Below, in pieces: positions 38,633-48,523 of a DNA stretch of 64,000 nucleotides (the first letter of the stretch is position 1; each line of letters opens with the position of its first letter). Both the position numbers and the translations under genes were made by a program. The notes beneath the pieces were generated by a model, which saw only the letters and a list, made by a program, of their open reading frames with translations, searched no databases and had not been told where the DNA came from. Origin of the DNA: Candidatus Fraserbacteria bacterium (GTDB taxonomy: Bacteria > Bipolaricaulota > Bipolaricaulia > RBG-16-55-9 > DRXL01); NCBI GenBank assembly GCA_947085185.1, contig CAMTVK010000001.1, forward strand, positions 64,001 to 128,000. Reading direction: 5' to 3'.

Positions 38633-41600
38633 ACAGCGGCTGCATCTGTGCCAAGGCACCGGCTGTCTCTCCGCCGGAGCCGACCGGCTATATAAGGCGC
38701 TGGCGCACGAATTGAGCAAACTGGATTTGCCGGTGGAACTCAAGCGGACCGGCTGCCACGGCTTCTGTCAGCGCGGCCCCATTGTCATTTGCGAGCCCCA
38801 GGGCTTCTTTTATTGCGCCATCCAGCCGCAAGACGCTGGGGAGATCGCCGAGGCGTTGTCCCAAGGCCGCGCGGTGGAACGGCTCTGCTATCGCGATCCC
38901 CAAACAGGAAGGCCAATCCCAACTTATCACGAGATCCCCTTCTACAAAGGGCAATCTCGAATCGTCTTGCGCAACTGCGGCCATATTGACCCCGAAGATA
39001 TTGAAGACTATCTCGCCGTTGAGGGCTATCAAGCGGCGCGTCGAGCGCTCTTGGAAATGACGCCGGAGCAAATCTGCGCTGAAGTTGAGCGCTCCGGCCT
39101 GCGGGGGCGTGGCGGCGCGGGCTTTCCCACGGGACGCAAGTGGCAGCTCTGCCGCCAAGCGCCCGGCAGCGAGAAATATCTTATCTGCAATGCCGACGGG
39201 GGTACCCCCGGCGCTTTTATGGCTCGCTCCATCTTAGAAGCCGACCCGCACGCGGTGATTGAGGGGATGCTTATCGCTGCCTACGCCATCGGCGCGCAGC
39301 AGGCATTTATCTATGTGCGCGCTGAGGACTCCTTGGCGGTGAAGCGCCTGAGAATCGCCATGGCTCAGGCACGCGAGCGCGGCTTTCTTGGCAAAAATAT
39401 CTTCAATAGCGGCTTTGACTTTGATATAGAAATCTTTGAGGGTGCGGGGGCGTTTGTGTGCGGCGAAGAGACGGCGCTTATCGCTTCTATTGAGGGCAGA
39501 CGCGGGATGCCCTCTCCCCGCCCGCCCTACCCGGTGCAGTCGGGCCTCTGGGGCAGACCGACAAATGTCAACAACGTCAAGACCTACGCCAGCGTCCCAC
39601 ATATTATCAGAAACGGGGCCGACTGGTATTCCCAAATCGGGACGAAGCAGAGCAAAGGGACGGCGATCTTCTCTCTGACGGGGAAAGTCAATAACTGCGG
39701 CTTGGTCGAAGTTCCGATGGGCACAACGCTCGCCGAGATTATTTACGAGATCGGCGGCGGCATCCCCGGCGGCAAGGCCCTCAAAGCCGTGCAGACAGGG
39801 GGGCCCACCGGCGGCTGCCTGCCTGCGAGCTTATTGAATACTCCTGTGGACTTCGATTCGCTCACAGCGCTGGGGGCCATCATGGGCAGCGGCGGCATGG
39901 TCGTCATGGACGAAGATACTTGCATGGTGGACATCGCCCGCTACTCTTTGGACTTCACTCAGAAAGAATCGTGCGGCAAATGTGCCCCTTGTAGATTGGG
40001 CACAAAACAGATGCTCAATATTTTAGAGGCGATCACGCAAGGACGCGGGCGTATGGAAGACCTAGATCGCTTGGAGAGACTGGCGAAGTCTGTCCAAGCC
40101 GGCTCGCTCTGCGGCCTGGGCCAGACGGCGCCCAATCCCGTCCTGACTACTTTGCGCTATTTCCGTGAAGAGTACGAAGAGCATATTAAATATAAGCACT
40201 GTCGCGCGGCGGTCTGCAAGGGCTTGGTCAAAGCCCCCTGCAGCCATACTTGTCCCGCTGAGATCGATGTGCCCCGCTATGTGCGGCTCATTGCCGCCGG
40301 GCGATTCGCCGACGCCCACGCGGTCATCAGCGAGAAGATCCCCTTCCCGTCCGTCTGCGGACTCGTTTGCTTCCATCCGTGCGAGGCGAGGTGCCGTCGC
40401 GCTCTCGTTGACGACGCAATTGCAATTAGAGCCTTGAAGCGTGCCGCTGCAGAACGCGACAACGGGCGCTGGAAGCTCTACGTCAAGCGCCGCCCTCCTA
40501 CGGGGAAGCGCGTCGCTGTGGTCGGCAGCGGGCCGGCGGGGCTGACAGCAGCGTATTATCTCGCGCGCAAGGGCCACGCCGTCACGGTCTTTGAAGCGTT
40601 TGAGAAGCCCGGCGGCATGATGCGCTATGGGATTCCAGAATATCGCCTGCCACACGAGATTCTCGACGCCGAGATCTCCGAGATCGAGGCTGCGGGCGTC
40701 GAAATTCACACCAAGACAAAGATCGAGTCGCTCGACCAACTCTTTGCCCAGGGTTTTGATGCAATCTTTCTCGCGTTGGGGGCGCACCGCGGTGTTAAGT
40801 TGGGCATCCCCGGCGAAGATGAAGTCGGTGTGCTCGACTGCATTGATTTTCTGCGCAGGGTCAAACTGGGCTATCATGTTGAGCTTGGCGAGCGTGTAGC
40901 TGTCATAGGTGGTGGCAATGCTGCCATAGACGCAGCGCGCACCGCGTTACGACTAGGAGCTAAGGCAACAGTGCCGGCAGCGGACGCTGACCAAGAGGTT
41001 CTGGACGCTTCACGGATGGCGCGGCGCTTGGGCGCCAAAGAGGTGCGCATTATTTACAGAAGAAGTTCTACAGAAATGCCCGCCAGTCCCGAAGAAGTCC
41101 ACGAAGCACTCACTGAGGGCGTGCAGATCGAGTTTCTCACTGCTCCAATCAAGATGACCAAAGAGAACGGTTCTATCAGGTTGGACTGCGTGCGCATGAG
41201 GCTGGGGCCCGTAGATGCCAGCGGGCGGCGGCACCCCGAACCGATCCCCGGGAGCGCGTTCAGTATCTATGTGGACCGAGTCATCTCGGCGATCGGTGAA
41301 GCCCCTGAGATTCCTGAGGGCTTTGGATTGAGACAGACAAAATGGAGCACGCTTGTCGTAGACCCCGACACGCTGATGACCGAGCGTCCGGGGGTCTTCG
41401 CCGGTGGGGATGTCGTGACTGGGCCAGCGTCGGTGATCGAGGCGATTGCTGCCGGGCGGCGGGCCGCAAGCTCTATAGATAAATATCTCGGCGGCGATGG
41501 TGATATCTCTGAGGTGCTCATTGACCCTGAAGAAGATGCGCCCTTTGAACTTGAAGAAGGCGAGCGCCCCCGCGTGCCTATTCAAACTCTCAGAATTGGG

Positions 41601-41702
41601 GAGCGCCTGGGAGGCTTTCGGCAGGTTGAGCTTGGATATACTGCCGAAGAAGCGATCTCCGAGGCGCGACGCTGCTTGATGTGCGACCTGGAGGAGCGAT
41701 AA
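38622..41702 (+). CDS. NuoF/HydB-like flavoprotein fused to GltD/NfnB-like FAD/NADP(H) domain
   Basis: N-terminal 2Fe-2S, GLRGRGGAGFPTG, GAFVCGEETAL, SCGKCAPCR; then APCSHTCP, VGSGPAGL, GGGNAAID, YRRS, EARRCLMC. GTG start after GAGGAGG. Confidence 0.9.
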   Translation: MKTEQRLHLCQGTGCLSAGADRLYKALAHELSKLDLPVELKRTGCHGFCQRGPIVICEPQGFFYCAIQPQDAGEIAEALSQGRAVERLCYRDPQTGRPIPTYHEIPFYKGQSRIVLRNCGHIDPEDIEDYLAVEGYQAARRALLEMTPEQICAEVERSGLRGRGGAGFPTGRKWQLCRQAPGSEKYLICNADGGTPGAFMARSILEADPHAVIEGMLIAAYAIGAQQAFIYVRAEDSLAVKRLRIAMAQARERGFLGKNIFNSGFDFDIEIFEGAGAFVCGEETALIASIEGRRGMPSPRPPYPVQSGLWGRPTNVNNVKTYASVPHIIRNGADWYSQIGTKQSKGTAIFSLTGKVNNCGLVEVPMGTTLAEIIYEIGGGIPGGKALKAVQTGGPTGGCLPASLLNTPVDFDSLTALGAIMGSGGMVVMDEDTCMVDIARYSLDFTQKESCGKCAPCRLGTKQMLNILEAITQGRGRMEDLDRLERLAKSVQAGSLCGLGQTAPNPVLTTLRYFREEYEEHIKYKHCRAAVCKGLVKAPCSHTCPAEIDVPRYVRLIAAGRFADAHAVISEKIPFPSVCGLVCFHPCEARCRRALVDDAIAIRALKRAAAERDNGRWKLYVKRRPPTGKRVAVVGSGPAGLTAAYYLARKGHAVTVFEAFEKPGGMMRYGIPEYRLPHEILDAEISEIEAAGVEIHTKTKIESLDQLFAQGFDAIFLALGAHRGVKLGIPGEDEVGVLDCIDFLRRVKLGYHVELGERVAVIGGGNAAIDAARTALRLGAKATVPAADADQEVLDASRMARRLGAKEVRIIYRRSSTEMPASPEEVHEALTEGVQIEFLTAPIKMTKENGSIRLDCVRMRLGPVDASGRRHPEPIPGSAFSIYVDRVISAIGEAPEIPEGFGLRQTKWSTLVVDPDTLMTERPGVFAGGDVVTGPASVIEAIAAGRRAASSIDKYLGGDGDISEVLIDPEEDAPFELEEGERPRVPIQTLRIGERLGGFRQVELGYTAEEAISEARRCLMCDLEER

Positions 41703-41704
41703 GT

Positions 41705-44419
41705 ATGAACTCAGTAGCAACGCTCGAAAGAGTCGAGACGATCGCCCTGACGATTGACGGGGTCAAAATCAAGACCAAAGCTGGGCAGACGGTGCTTCAA
41801 GCGTGTAGGGAAGCTGGGATCTATCTGCCCACGCTCTGCTATGATCCCGACTTGGAGCCGTATGGAGGGTGTAGACTCTGCATCGTCGAAGTCGCAGGGA
41901 TGCGTGGGCTTCCGACAGCGTGCACGCTGCCGGCTCAGGAGGGCATGGTCGTGCGCACCGAGTCAGAGCAAATCAATTCAGTGCGGCGCGCCACGCTTGA
42001 ACTTATTTTGGCCGATCACGGGGGCGATTGCTTGACGTGCCGAAAAAACGGCCACTGCCAACTGCAAGAAGTCTCGGGCTACTTAGGAGTAGAGTGCCGC
42101 CCCGCGCTTTTGCGTGAGCAGACAAGGCCGATAGACCGAAGCACTCCGTTTTTCGACTTCGATATTAACAAGTGCATTCTCTGTGGGATCTGCGTGCGGG
42201 CGTGCGCGGAACTTCAGGGGGCACACGCGATCGATTTTGCGTGGCGGGGGATCGAAACACGAGTCACCCCTGCGGGCGGTGGCCTTTGGATAAATTCAAA
42301 CTGTGAGTATTGCGGGGAGTGTGTCAGTCGCTGCCCCACGGGAGCGCTCGTCCCAAAGAATTCTCAGAGAGCTTCTCGGTATGTGAAGTCTGTCTGTCCC
42401 TATTGTGGCGTCGGCTGCACCATCTATCTGGGGATCCGTGGGGATCGCATCGTCAGCGTTGAGGGCGACAAAGAGAGTCCTGTGAACAACGGGCACCTCT
42501 GCGTCAAAGGGCGCTTCGGGATTATAGAGGCCGTTCACTCGCCCAATCGCCTCAAGAAGCCCTTAATCAAGAAAGACGGGGAATTCGTTGAGGCGAGCTG
42601 GGATGAGGCGCTCGATCTCGTAGCGCAAAAATTCAGAGAACTAAAAGAGCGCTACGGGGGCGAAGCGTTGGGCGTCATAGCTTCGGCGAGGGTCGCCAAC
42701 GAGGCCAATTATTTGGCACAAAAGTTGGCGCGCGCCGTCTTTGGCACCAACAAAGTGGACTGCTGTGCCCGCATCTGCCATGCCCCCAGCGTCCACGGCC
42801 TGTTGCGCTCTTTCGGCAGCGGCGCGATGACCAACTCTATCAGCGAGATCGAACACGCCGATTGCATTTTGCTCATCGGCTCCAACACCACCGAGGCGCA
42901 CCCCACGATAGGCAGTCGCATTAGAAGGGCCGTGCGCAAGGGCGCGAAGCTCATCGTTGCCGACCCGCGGGAGATCGAGCTGGCTAAAATTGCCGATATT
43001 CATCTGCCCCTGCGCCCCGGCACCGATATTACTCTGGCGAACGCTCTGGCGCACCATATCATTGTCTCTGGATTGCACAATGAGAAGTTCATCCAAGAGC
43101 GCACCGAGGGCTTCGAAGAATTCTGGGCCGTGGTGCAAAAGTACACGCCCGAATATGCGGAAAACATTACGGGCGTGCCCGCTGAGAAGATCAAACAAGC
43201 GGCTGAGATGTACGCCCGCGGCAGGCCGGGGATGATCGTCTATTGTCTGGGGGTCACAGAACACCGCACCGGCGTCATCTCCGTGCAGGCGATTGCCAAT
43301 TTGGCGCTCATCACGGGCCACATTGGGCAACCGAGCACAGGCGTCAACCCCTTGCGCGGCCAGAACAACGTCCAAGGGGCCTGCGATATGGGCGCGTTGC
43401 CCGAATTTCTGCCGGGGTATCAGAGATGGGATAACCCTGAGCACGTCAAGAAATTCGAAGAGGCTTGGGGCGTCAAGCTACCTAAGACATTAGGCTACTA
43501 TCCGCTCATCTTCTGCTCACGCATGTGGGACGACATTCTCAAGGGCAACCTCCACGGGCTTTATATCATCGGCGAGGATGTCGCACTCACGGAGGCCAAT
43601 ATTACTAAGGTGCGAAAAGCCCTGCAATCTCTTGATTTTCTCGTCGTCCAAGAGTTATTTATGACGCCGACGGCGGAGCTGGCTCACGTCGTTCTTCCCG
43701 CGGCGGGGTTCGCCGAGATAGATGGGACCTTTACAAACTCCGAGCGGCGCGTCCAGCGGGTGAGAAAGGCGATAGAGCCGCCAGGCGAGTGCAAGCCGGA
43801 CTGGCAGATCGTCTGCGAGATCTCCAACAGAATGGGCTACCCCATGAACTATCAGAGCGCCGAAGAGGTCTTCGAAGAGCTGCGCCGACTCATGCCAATC
43901 TACGGTGGGATCACGTACAAACGACTCGACGAGAACATCGGCCTGCAGTGGCCCTGCCCTGATGAACAGCATCCGGGCACGAGGTTCTTGCACAAAGACA
44001 AGTTCACGCGCGGTCTGGGGAAGTTTGCCGGGATCGAACAAGAACCGCCTGAAGAAGTCCCCGACGCAGAGTACCCGTTCTTGCTGACGACGGGCCGGGT
44101 CTTGCAGCACTACAACTGCGCCAGCATGACCCGCCAAGTGTCGGGTCTGGAGAAGCTGGTCCCGGAGAATTTCATCGAGATCTCGCCAAAAGATGCCGAG
44201 AAGCTCGGAGTCAAAGATGGCGAGCTTGTGCGCGTGGTGAGTCGGCGAGGTGCAGTGCTGGCGCGGGCCAAGGTGCGTCAGATCGCTGAGGGTGTCGTCT
44301 TCATGCCCTTTCATCACAAAGAGTCGCCGACGAATCTCATCACCAACGACGCGCTCGATCCCATCTGTGGGACAGCGGAGGTGAAGGCCTGCGCGGTGCG
44401 GATCGAGCGCGCTGCTTGA
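41705..44419 (+). CDS. fdhA: Mo/W-bisPGD formate dehydrogenase alpha subunit (Cys form) with NuoG-like Fe-S N-terminus
   Basis: [22 protein letters not shown] (Cys-His), [18 protein letters not shown]. Confidence 0.92.
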   Translation: MNSVATLERVETIALTIDGVKIKTKAGQTVLQACREAGIYLPTLCYDPDLEPYGGCRLCIVEVAGMRGLPTACTLPAQEGMVVRTESEQINSVRRATLELILADHGGDCLTCRKNGHCQLQEVSGYLGVECRPALLREQTRPIDRSTPFFDFDINKCILCGICVRACAELQGAHAIDFAWRGIETRVTPAGGGLWINSNCEYCGECVSRCPTGALVPKNSQRASRYVKSVCPYCGVGCTIYLGIRGDRIVSVEGDKESPVNNGHLCVKGRFGIIEAVHSPNRLKKPLIKKDGEFVEASWDEALDLVAQKFRELKERYGGEALGVIASARVANEANYLAQKLARAVFGTNKVDCCARICHAPSVHGLLRSFGSGAMTNSISEIEHADCILLIGSNTTEAHPTIGSRIRRAVRKGAKLIVADPREIELAKIADIHLPLRPGTDITLANALAHHIIVSGLHNEKFIQERTEGFEEFWAVVQKYTPEYAENITGVPAEKIKQAAEMYARGRPGMIVYCLGVTEHRTGVISVQAIANLALITGHIGQPSTGVNPLRGQNNVQGACDMGALPEFLPGYQRWDNPEHVKKFEEAWGVKLPKTLGYYPLIFCSRMWDDILKGNLHGLYIIGEDVALTEANITKVRKALQSLDFLVVQELFMTPTAELAHVVLPAAGFAEIDGTFTNSERRVQRVRKAIEPPGECKPDWQIVCEISNRMGYPMNYQSAEEVFEELRRLMPIYGGITYKRLDENIGLQWPCPDEQHPGTRFLHKDKFTRGLGKFAGIEQEPPEEVPDAEYPFLLTTGRVLQHYNCASMTRQVSGLEKLVPENFIEISPKDAEKLGVKDGELVRVVSRRGAVLARAKVRQIAEGVVFMPFHHKESPTNLITNDALDPICGTAEVKACAVRIERAA

Positions 44420-44430
44420 GCTCTTGGGCT

Positions 44431-44495
44431 GTGTCCGCCATCATATCGCAGGCTGCGGCAGATCATGGCCTGAGGGAGGTCATTTCTTATACAAT
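44431..44495 (+). promoter_or_regulatory. Tandem-box promoter of folD
   Basis: GTGTCCGCCATCAT (44431), CTGCGGCAGATCAT (44453), 23 nt, TACAAT (44490). Confidence 0.65.
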
Positions 44496-44504
44496 AAAAA
44501 CCCT

Positions 44505-45368
44505 ATGGCCACGATCATTGACGGCAAGCAGGTCGCGCAGCAGATCCGCGAAGGACTCAAGCATGAAGTCGCTCAACTCAAACAGAAATACGGCGTCACT
44601 CCAGGCTTGGCTGCCGTGCTCGTCGGAGAGAACCCCGCCTCGAAAGTCTACGTGAATATGAAGGCCAAAGCGTGCGACGAGACGGGGATCTATTCGCAGA
44701 AGATCCATCTGCCTGCAGATACTCCCCAGCAGAAGCTGATCGAGCTCATTCACAGTTTGAACGAAGACCGGCGCATCCACGGGATCTTAGTGCAGCTCCC
44801 TCTGCCCGATCATCTCGAGACTCACGCTGTGCTCCAAGAAGTGAGCCCGGACAAAGACGTAGACGGTTTTCATCCCATCAATTTGGGCAAGCTGCTCTCA
44901 GCAAAATTCTGGGAGGAGCTGCCTCCGTTTGTGCCCTGCACACCTGCTGGGTGCATTAAGCTCATCGAATCAACGGGGACTCAGATCGAGGGCAAGCACG
45001 CGGTGGTCGTGGGGCGCAGCGTGATCGTCGGAAAACCCGTAGCGATGCTCTTGCTCGCCAAGCAAGCGACCGTCACTATAGCTCACTCACGCACGAAAAA
45101 TCTCAAAGAGATCTGTCGTCAGGCGGATATCTTAGTGGTCGCAGTGGGCCGGCCCAAGCTCATTACTGCTGATATGATCAAGCCCGGTGCGGTCGTCATT
45201 GACGTTGGGGTCAACCGTGTGGGGAAAGACTTGGTGGGCGATGTGGACTTTGAGGCAGCCAAGGAGATCGCGGGCTCTATTACGCCGGTGCCCGGCGGGG
45301 TCGGCCCCATGACCATCGCGATGCTTCTTAAAAACACGGTTGAGTCTGCCAAGCGAGTCTTGACATGA
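44505..45368 (+). CDS. folD: Methylene-THF dehydrogenase/cyclohydrolase
   Basis: [45 protein letters not shown]. Confidence 0.97.
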   Translation: MATIIDGKQVAQQIREGLKHEVAQLKQKYGVTPGLAAVLVGENPASKVYVNMKAKACDETGIYSQKIHLPADTPQQKLIELIHSLNEDRRIHGILVQLPLPDHLETHAVLQEVSPDKDVDGFHPINLGKLLSAKFWEELPPFVPCTPAGCIKLIESTGTQIEGKHAVVVGRSVIVGKPVAMLLLAKQATVTIAHSRTKNLKEICRQADILVVAVGRPKLITADMIKPGAVVIDVGVNRVGKDLVGDVDFEAAKEIAGSITPVPGGVGPMTIAMLLKNTVESAKRVLT

Positions 45369-45574
45369 GCCGCCGCGCGCAGATCTTCTTGCTAGCCCTG
45401 ATAGTCTTTGTCTTTTTACACCTCGATCTGTGGGGCTGGAGCCGGATCGAACCGATGCTCTTTGGGTGGATTCCCTATCATATCTGGTATCATGGGCTTC
45501 TGACGGTGCTCGTAGCTCTTTGGATGATCTGGCTTGTGGTGTGGATCTGGCCGAAGGATAGTTCGAAGTTCTAG
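45365..45574 (+). CDS. Small 2-TM partner of SSS transporter (DUF3311-like)
   Basis: LHLDLW.W...LFGWIP..IWYH; immediately precedes symporter. Confidence 0.75.
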   Translation: MSRRAQIFLLALIVFVFLHLDLWGWSRIEPMLFGWIPYHIWYHGLLTVLVALWMIWLVVWIWPKDSSKF

Positions 45575-45591
45575 GTGCAAAGCTCAAAATT

Positions 45592-47058
45592 ATGAGAGAG
45601 ATCCCAATGGACGTGCTGGCAATCGCCGGGGTCTATCTTATCGTTCTGTTGGGCATTGGCTGGTGGAGTTATAAGAAGACTCTGCCTACACCAGAAGATT
45701 TCTTTATGGCTGGACGGGCCTTCGGCCCCGTGGTGCTGATCCTGACCGTCTATGCTACAAATATGACGGCATTCTATATGCTGGGCACGCCGGGCAATGC
45801 TTATCGTCAAGGGATCGGCACCTACGGCTACATCGCGTTTGCCTCAGCGTTGGTCATTCCCACGATGTTCTATCTCATCGGGTATCGCGCGTGGCGCATC
45901 GGCAAGCGATACGGGTACATGACGCCGCCGGAACTTTTGGGAGCCCGTTATGAAAGCCCAGCCGTAGCGCTCGTGCTCTTTGTGCTCTTAGTCTTTTATA
46001 CTGTCCCATATATTGTGACTTCGGTGATTGGCGCGGGCTTGGCCCTCGAGTCGCTCGGGAAGATCCCATATCTGTGGGGAGCGGCGGGCGTCCTGCTCAT
46101 CACGATGCTCTACACAGTCTTTGGGGGGATGCGGGGCACGGCCTGGACGAGCGTCTTTCAAGGGCTGGTGTTTATTATCATGGGGCTGCTCGCCTTCGTG
46201 ATGATCGCCAACGCTTTAGGGGGCTTTGCCGCGATCACGCAGCGTGTCTATACTGAGCGCCCGGAATTACTTCAGAGGGCGGGAAATTTCGACCCCAAAG
46301 ATTGGTTCAGCTTTCTCTTTGTGGCGCCGCTTGCGGTGATCGCCTTTCCCCATGTCTTTATGCGGGTGCTCACGGGGAAGAGCTCACGGACTCTAAAAGC
46401 CCTGACGGTCGTCTACCCGCTGCTCTTTCTGCTGACGTGGCCTCCGGTCATCTACATTGGCCTATGGGGCAGCGTCGTCATTCCGGGGCTGGACGCCAGA
46501 AGCTCTGATGCGATCTTGCCTATGATGATCGCCCAGCTTCTCCCGCCGGTGATGCTTGGGCTAGGGGTAGCCGCGATCTGGGCGGCTATTATGTCTACTC
46601 TCGATGCGATGATGCTGACTTTGAGCACGATGCTCACCCGCGATCTGCTCGCTCGGTCCTTCCCGCGCTATGTTCGGAAGAAGGGGCGCGAGGTCGCCTT
46701 CGGAAGGTTGTTCATTGTCTTGATTGCTCTCTTAGCTTTTGTCGGCGCGGTGATCCGTCCCGGCACGATCTATGATATTGCCAAGTTCGCCTTCACCGGG
46801 TATGCGCTCACCGTCCCGGCGATGCTTGCTAGCTTCTATTGGAGGCGGAGCACCGCTTGGGGAGTGTTGGCCTCTTTGGTTATACCTAATCTGCTCTTGC
46901 CCTTCTATTACTTCACGCCGTATCTTGCGTGGAGCACGTTCGGGTTTCTGCCGGTTGTGCCGTTGATGGTACTCTCTCTTATGCTCTTGGTGCTCATCTC
47001 GCTTCGGACGCGCCCGCCCTCCCAGCAGACAATCCGTCAGTTCTTCGACGAGCCCTAA
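45592..47058 (+). CDS. Sodium:solute symporter family permease
   Basis: DFFMAGR, YTVFGGMRGTAWT...QG, AAIMST.D; many TM segments. Confidence 0.9.
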   Translation: MREIPMDVLAIAGVYLIVLLGIGWWSYKKTLPTPEDFFMAGRAFGPVVLILTVYATNMTAFYMLGTPGNAYRQGIGTYGYIAFASALVIPTMFYLIGYRAWRIGKRYGYMTPPELLGARYESPAVALVLFVLLVFYTVPYIVTSVIGAGLALESLGKIPYLWGAAGVLLITMLYTVFGGMRGTAWTSVFQGLVFIIMGLLAFVMIANALGGFAAITQRVYTERPELLQRAGNFDPKDWFSFLFVAPLAVIAFPHVFMRVLTGKSSRTLKALTVVYPLLFLLTWPPVIYIGLWGSVVIPGLDARSSDAILPMMIAQLLPPVMLGLGVAAIWAAIMSTLDAMMLTLSTMLTRDLLARSFPRYVRKKGREVAFGRLFIVLIALLAFVGAVIRPGTIYDIAKFAFTGYALTVPAMLASFYWRRSTAWGVLASLVIPNLLLPFYYFTPYLAWSTFGFLPVVPLMVLSLMLLVLISLRTRPPSQQTIRQFFDEP

Positions 47059-47062
47059 GCTT

Positions 47063-47126
47063 TTGATGGGCGTCATATTTGCTTCTGATGCTTCTCATGG
47101 CTTTGCCCCACCTAGGCATCTACAAT
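47063..47126 (+). promoter_or_regulatory. Tandem-box promoter of hdrCBA-mvhD-metVF-fhs
   Basis: TTGATGGGCGTCAT (47063), CTGATGCTTCTCAT (47085), 22 nt, TACAAT (47121). Confidence 0.7.
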
Positions 47127-47150
47127 GAATTCTAGAGGGCGTGATCTGTC

Positions 47151-47690
47151 ATGGGGAGCCTTGTGGCTCAGCCTCTGGATTTTCTGAGGGAGATCGAAGC
47201 ACGGAGCGATGAGCCCGTGAGGCGCTGTTTCCAATGCGATCGCTGCGCCACCGGCTGCCCTATGGCCCTTCATATGCAGTACGCCCCCAATGAGCTCTTC
47301 CGGCTGATTCAATTGGGCGCTCGGGAGGCCGTGCTCTCGAGTACTACGTTCTGGTTCTGCGTCTCGTGTTATACGTGCTCGGTGCGCTGCCCCAACGATA
47401 TTGACATCGCTCATGTGATGGACACGCTCCGGGAGCTCGCGCTGCGCCAGGGGAGGGGGCCAGCGGTGGAGCAGGCCCGCGTCTTTCATGAGCTCTTTTT
47501 GGATTGTGTGCGGCGGCGTGGGCGGGTGAGCGAGCTGGAGCTGATGGCCCGCTATAATCTGAGGCTCAAAAAGCCGTGTGCGAGATTGACGTTGGGATGG
47601 AAGCTCCTGCGCCAGGGGCGTCTGGAGCTGTGGCCTTTCTCCAGACACAGCCTGAAAGAGATCTTTAGCAAACTTGAGGAGGCACCGTGA
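47151..47690 (+). CDS. hdrC: Heterodisulfide reductase-like subunit C
   Basis: CFQCDRCATGCP, WFCVSCYTCSVRCP. Confidence 0.9.
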   Translation: MGSLVAQPLDFLREIEARSDEPVRRCFQCDRCATGCPMALHMQYAPNELFRLIQLGAREAVLSSTTFWFCVSCYTCSVRCPNDIDIAHVMDTLRELALRQGRGPAVEQARVFHELFLDCVRRRGRVSELELMARYNLRLKKPCARLTLGWKLLRQGRLELWPFSRHSLKEIFSKLEEAP

Positions 47691-48523
47691 TGTACTTCTA
47701 TCCGGGGTGCACGCTCAGCTCGTCGGCCAGGCCCTATGGGCGCTCGATCTATTGGGTCTGCGAGCGCCTGGGTATTGAGATAACAGAACTGCCTGACTGG
47801 ACGTGCTGTGGGGCAACCTCGGCTCATGCGCTCAAGAGGGATTTAGCCTACGCGCTTCCGGCACGGAATCTGGCGATCGCTGGGGAGCTCGGAGATGATC
47901 TGATGGTGGCGTGCTCGGCGTGCTACAGCCGCCTCAAGATCACTCAGAAAGCCCTAGAAGACTCACGAACTCGGGAGCGCATCGCTGCGCTCATCGAGAA
48001 GTCTTTTGACAGGCACGTGCAGATTAAAAATATTCTCGAGGTGCTGGGCGAGCAAGCGCCGCGCATCCGCCAAGAGAAGACACACGCAGTAGAAGGGTTG
48101 AGAGTTGTCTGTTATTACGGGTGCTTAGCGACGCGCATCCCCAGGGTGATGGGCTTCGATGATCGCGAGAACCCTACGCTTATGGAGAGGCTCGTTGTAG
48201 CGGCTGGGGCAACGGCCATAGATTGGCCCATGAAGACTTCGTGCTGTGGCGCAAGCTTTTCGGTCATTGACGAAGCGATTGCGCTGAAGATGTCCGCGCA
48301 GCTCGTGGAGATGGCCTATCGCGTAGGGGCCGAGGCGCTCGTCACGTCGTGCCCGTTTTGTCAATATAATCTCGATTGGGCTCAATGGTACCTTAAAAAG
48401 AGTCACGCAATCCCTGTGCTCTTCATCACGCAGCTTGTGGGCTTGGCCTTGGGCAAGAGCGAGAGAGACTTGATGCTGAACGCGCATCTGGTCAGCCCAG
48501 AGAAGATCGTCTGTCGAGTATGA
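47687..48523 (+). CDS. hdrB: Heterodisulfide reductase-like subunit B
   Basis: YPGC, WTCCGA, CSAC, YYGC, CCGA, CPFCQ (CCG domains). Confidence 0.92.
   Translation: MMYFYPGCTLSSSARPYGRSIYWVCERLGIEITELPDWTCCGATSAHALKRDLAYALPARNLAIAGELGDDLMVACSACYSRLKITQKALEDSRTRERIAALIEKSFDRHVQIKNILEVLGEQAPRIRQEKTHAVEGLRVVCYYGCLATRIPRVMGFDDRENPTLMERLVVAAGATAIDWPMKTSCCGASFSVIDEAIALKMSAQLVEMAYRVGAEALVTSCPFCQYNLDWAQWYLKKSHAIPVLFITQLVGLALGKSERDLMLNAHLVSPEKIVCRV

Noticed and set aside
40925..41045. Short internal duplication DAARTALRLGAK / DASRMARRLGAK in the GltD domain
   Set aside because: In frame and diverged; I recall similar inserts in GltD-like proteins, so it is not treated as a separate novelty.
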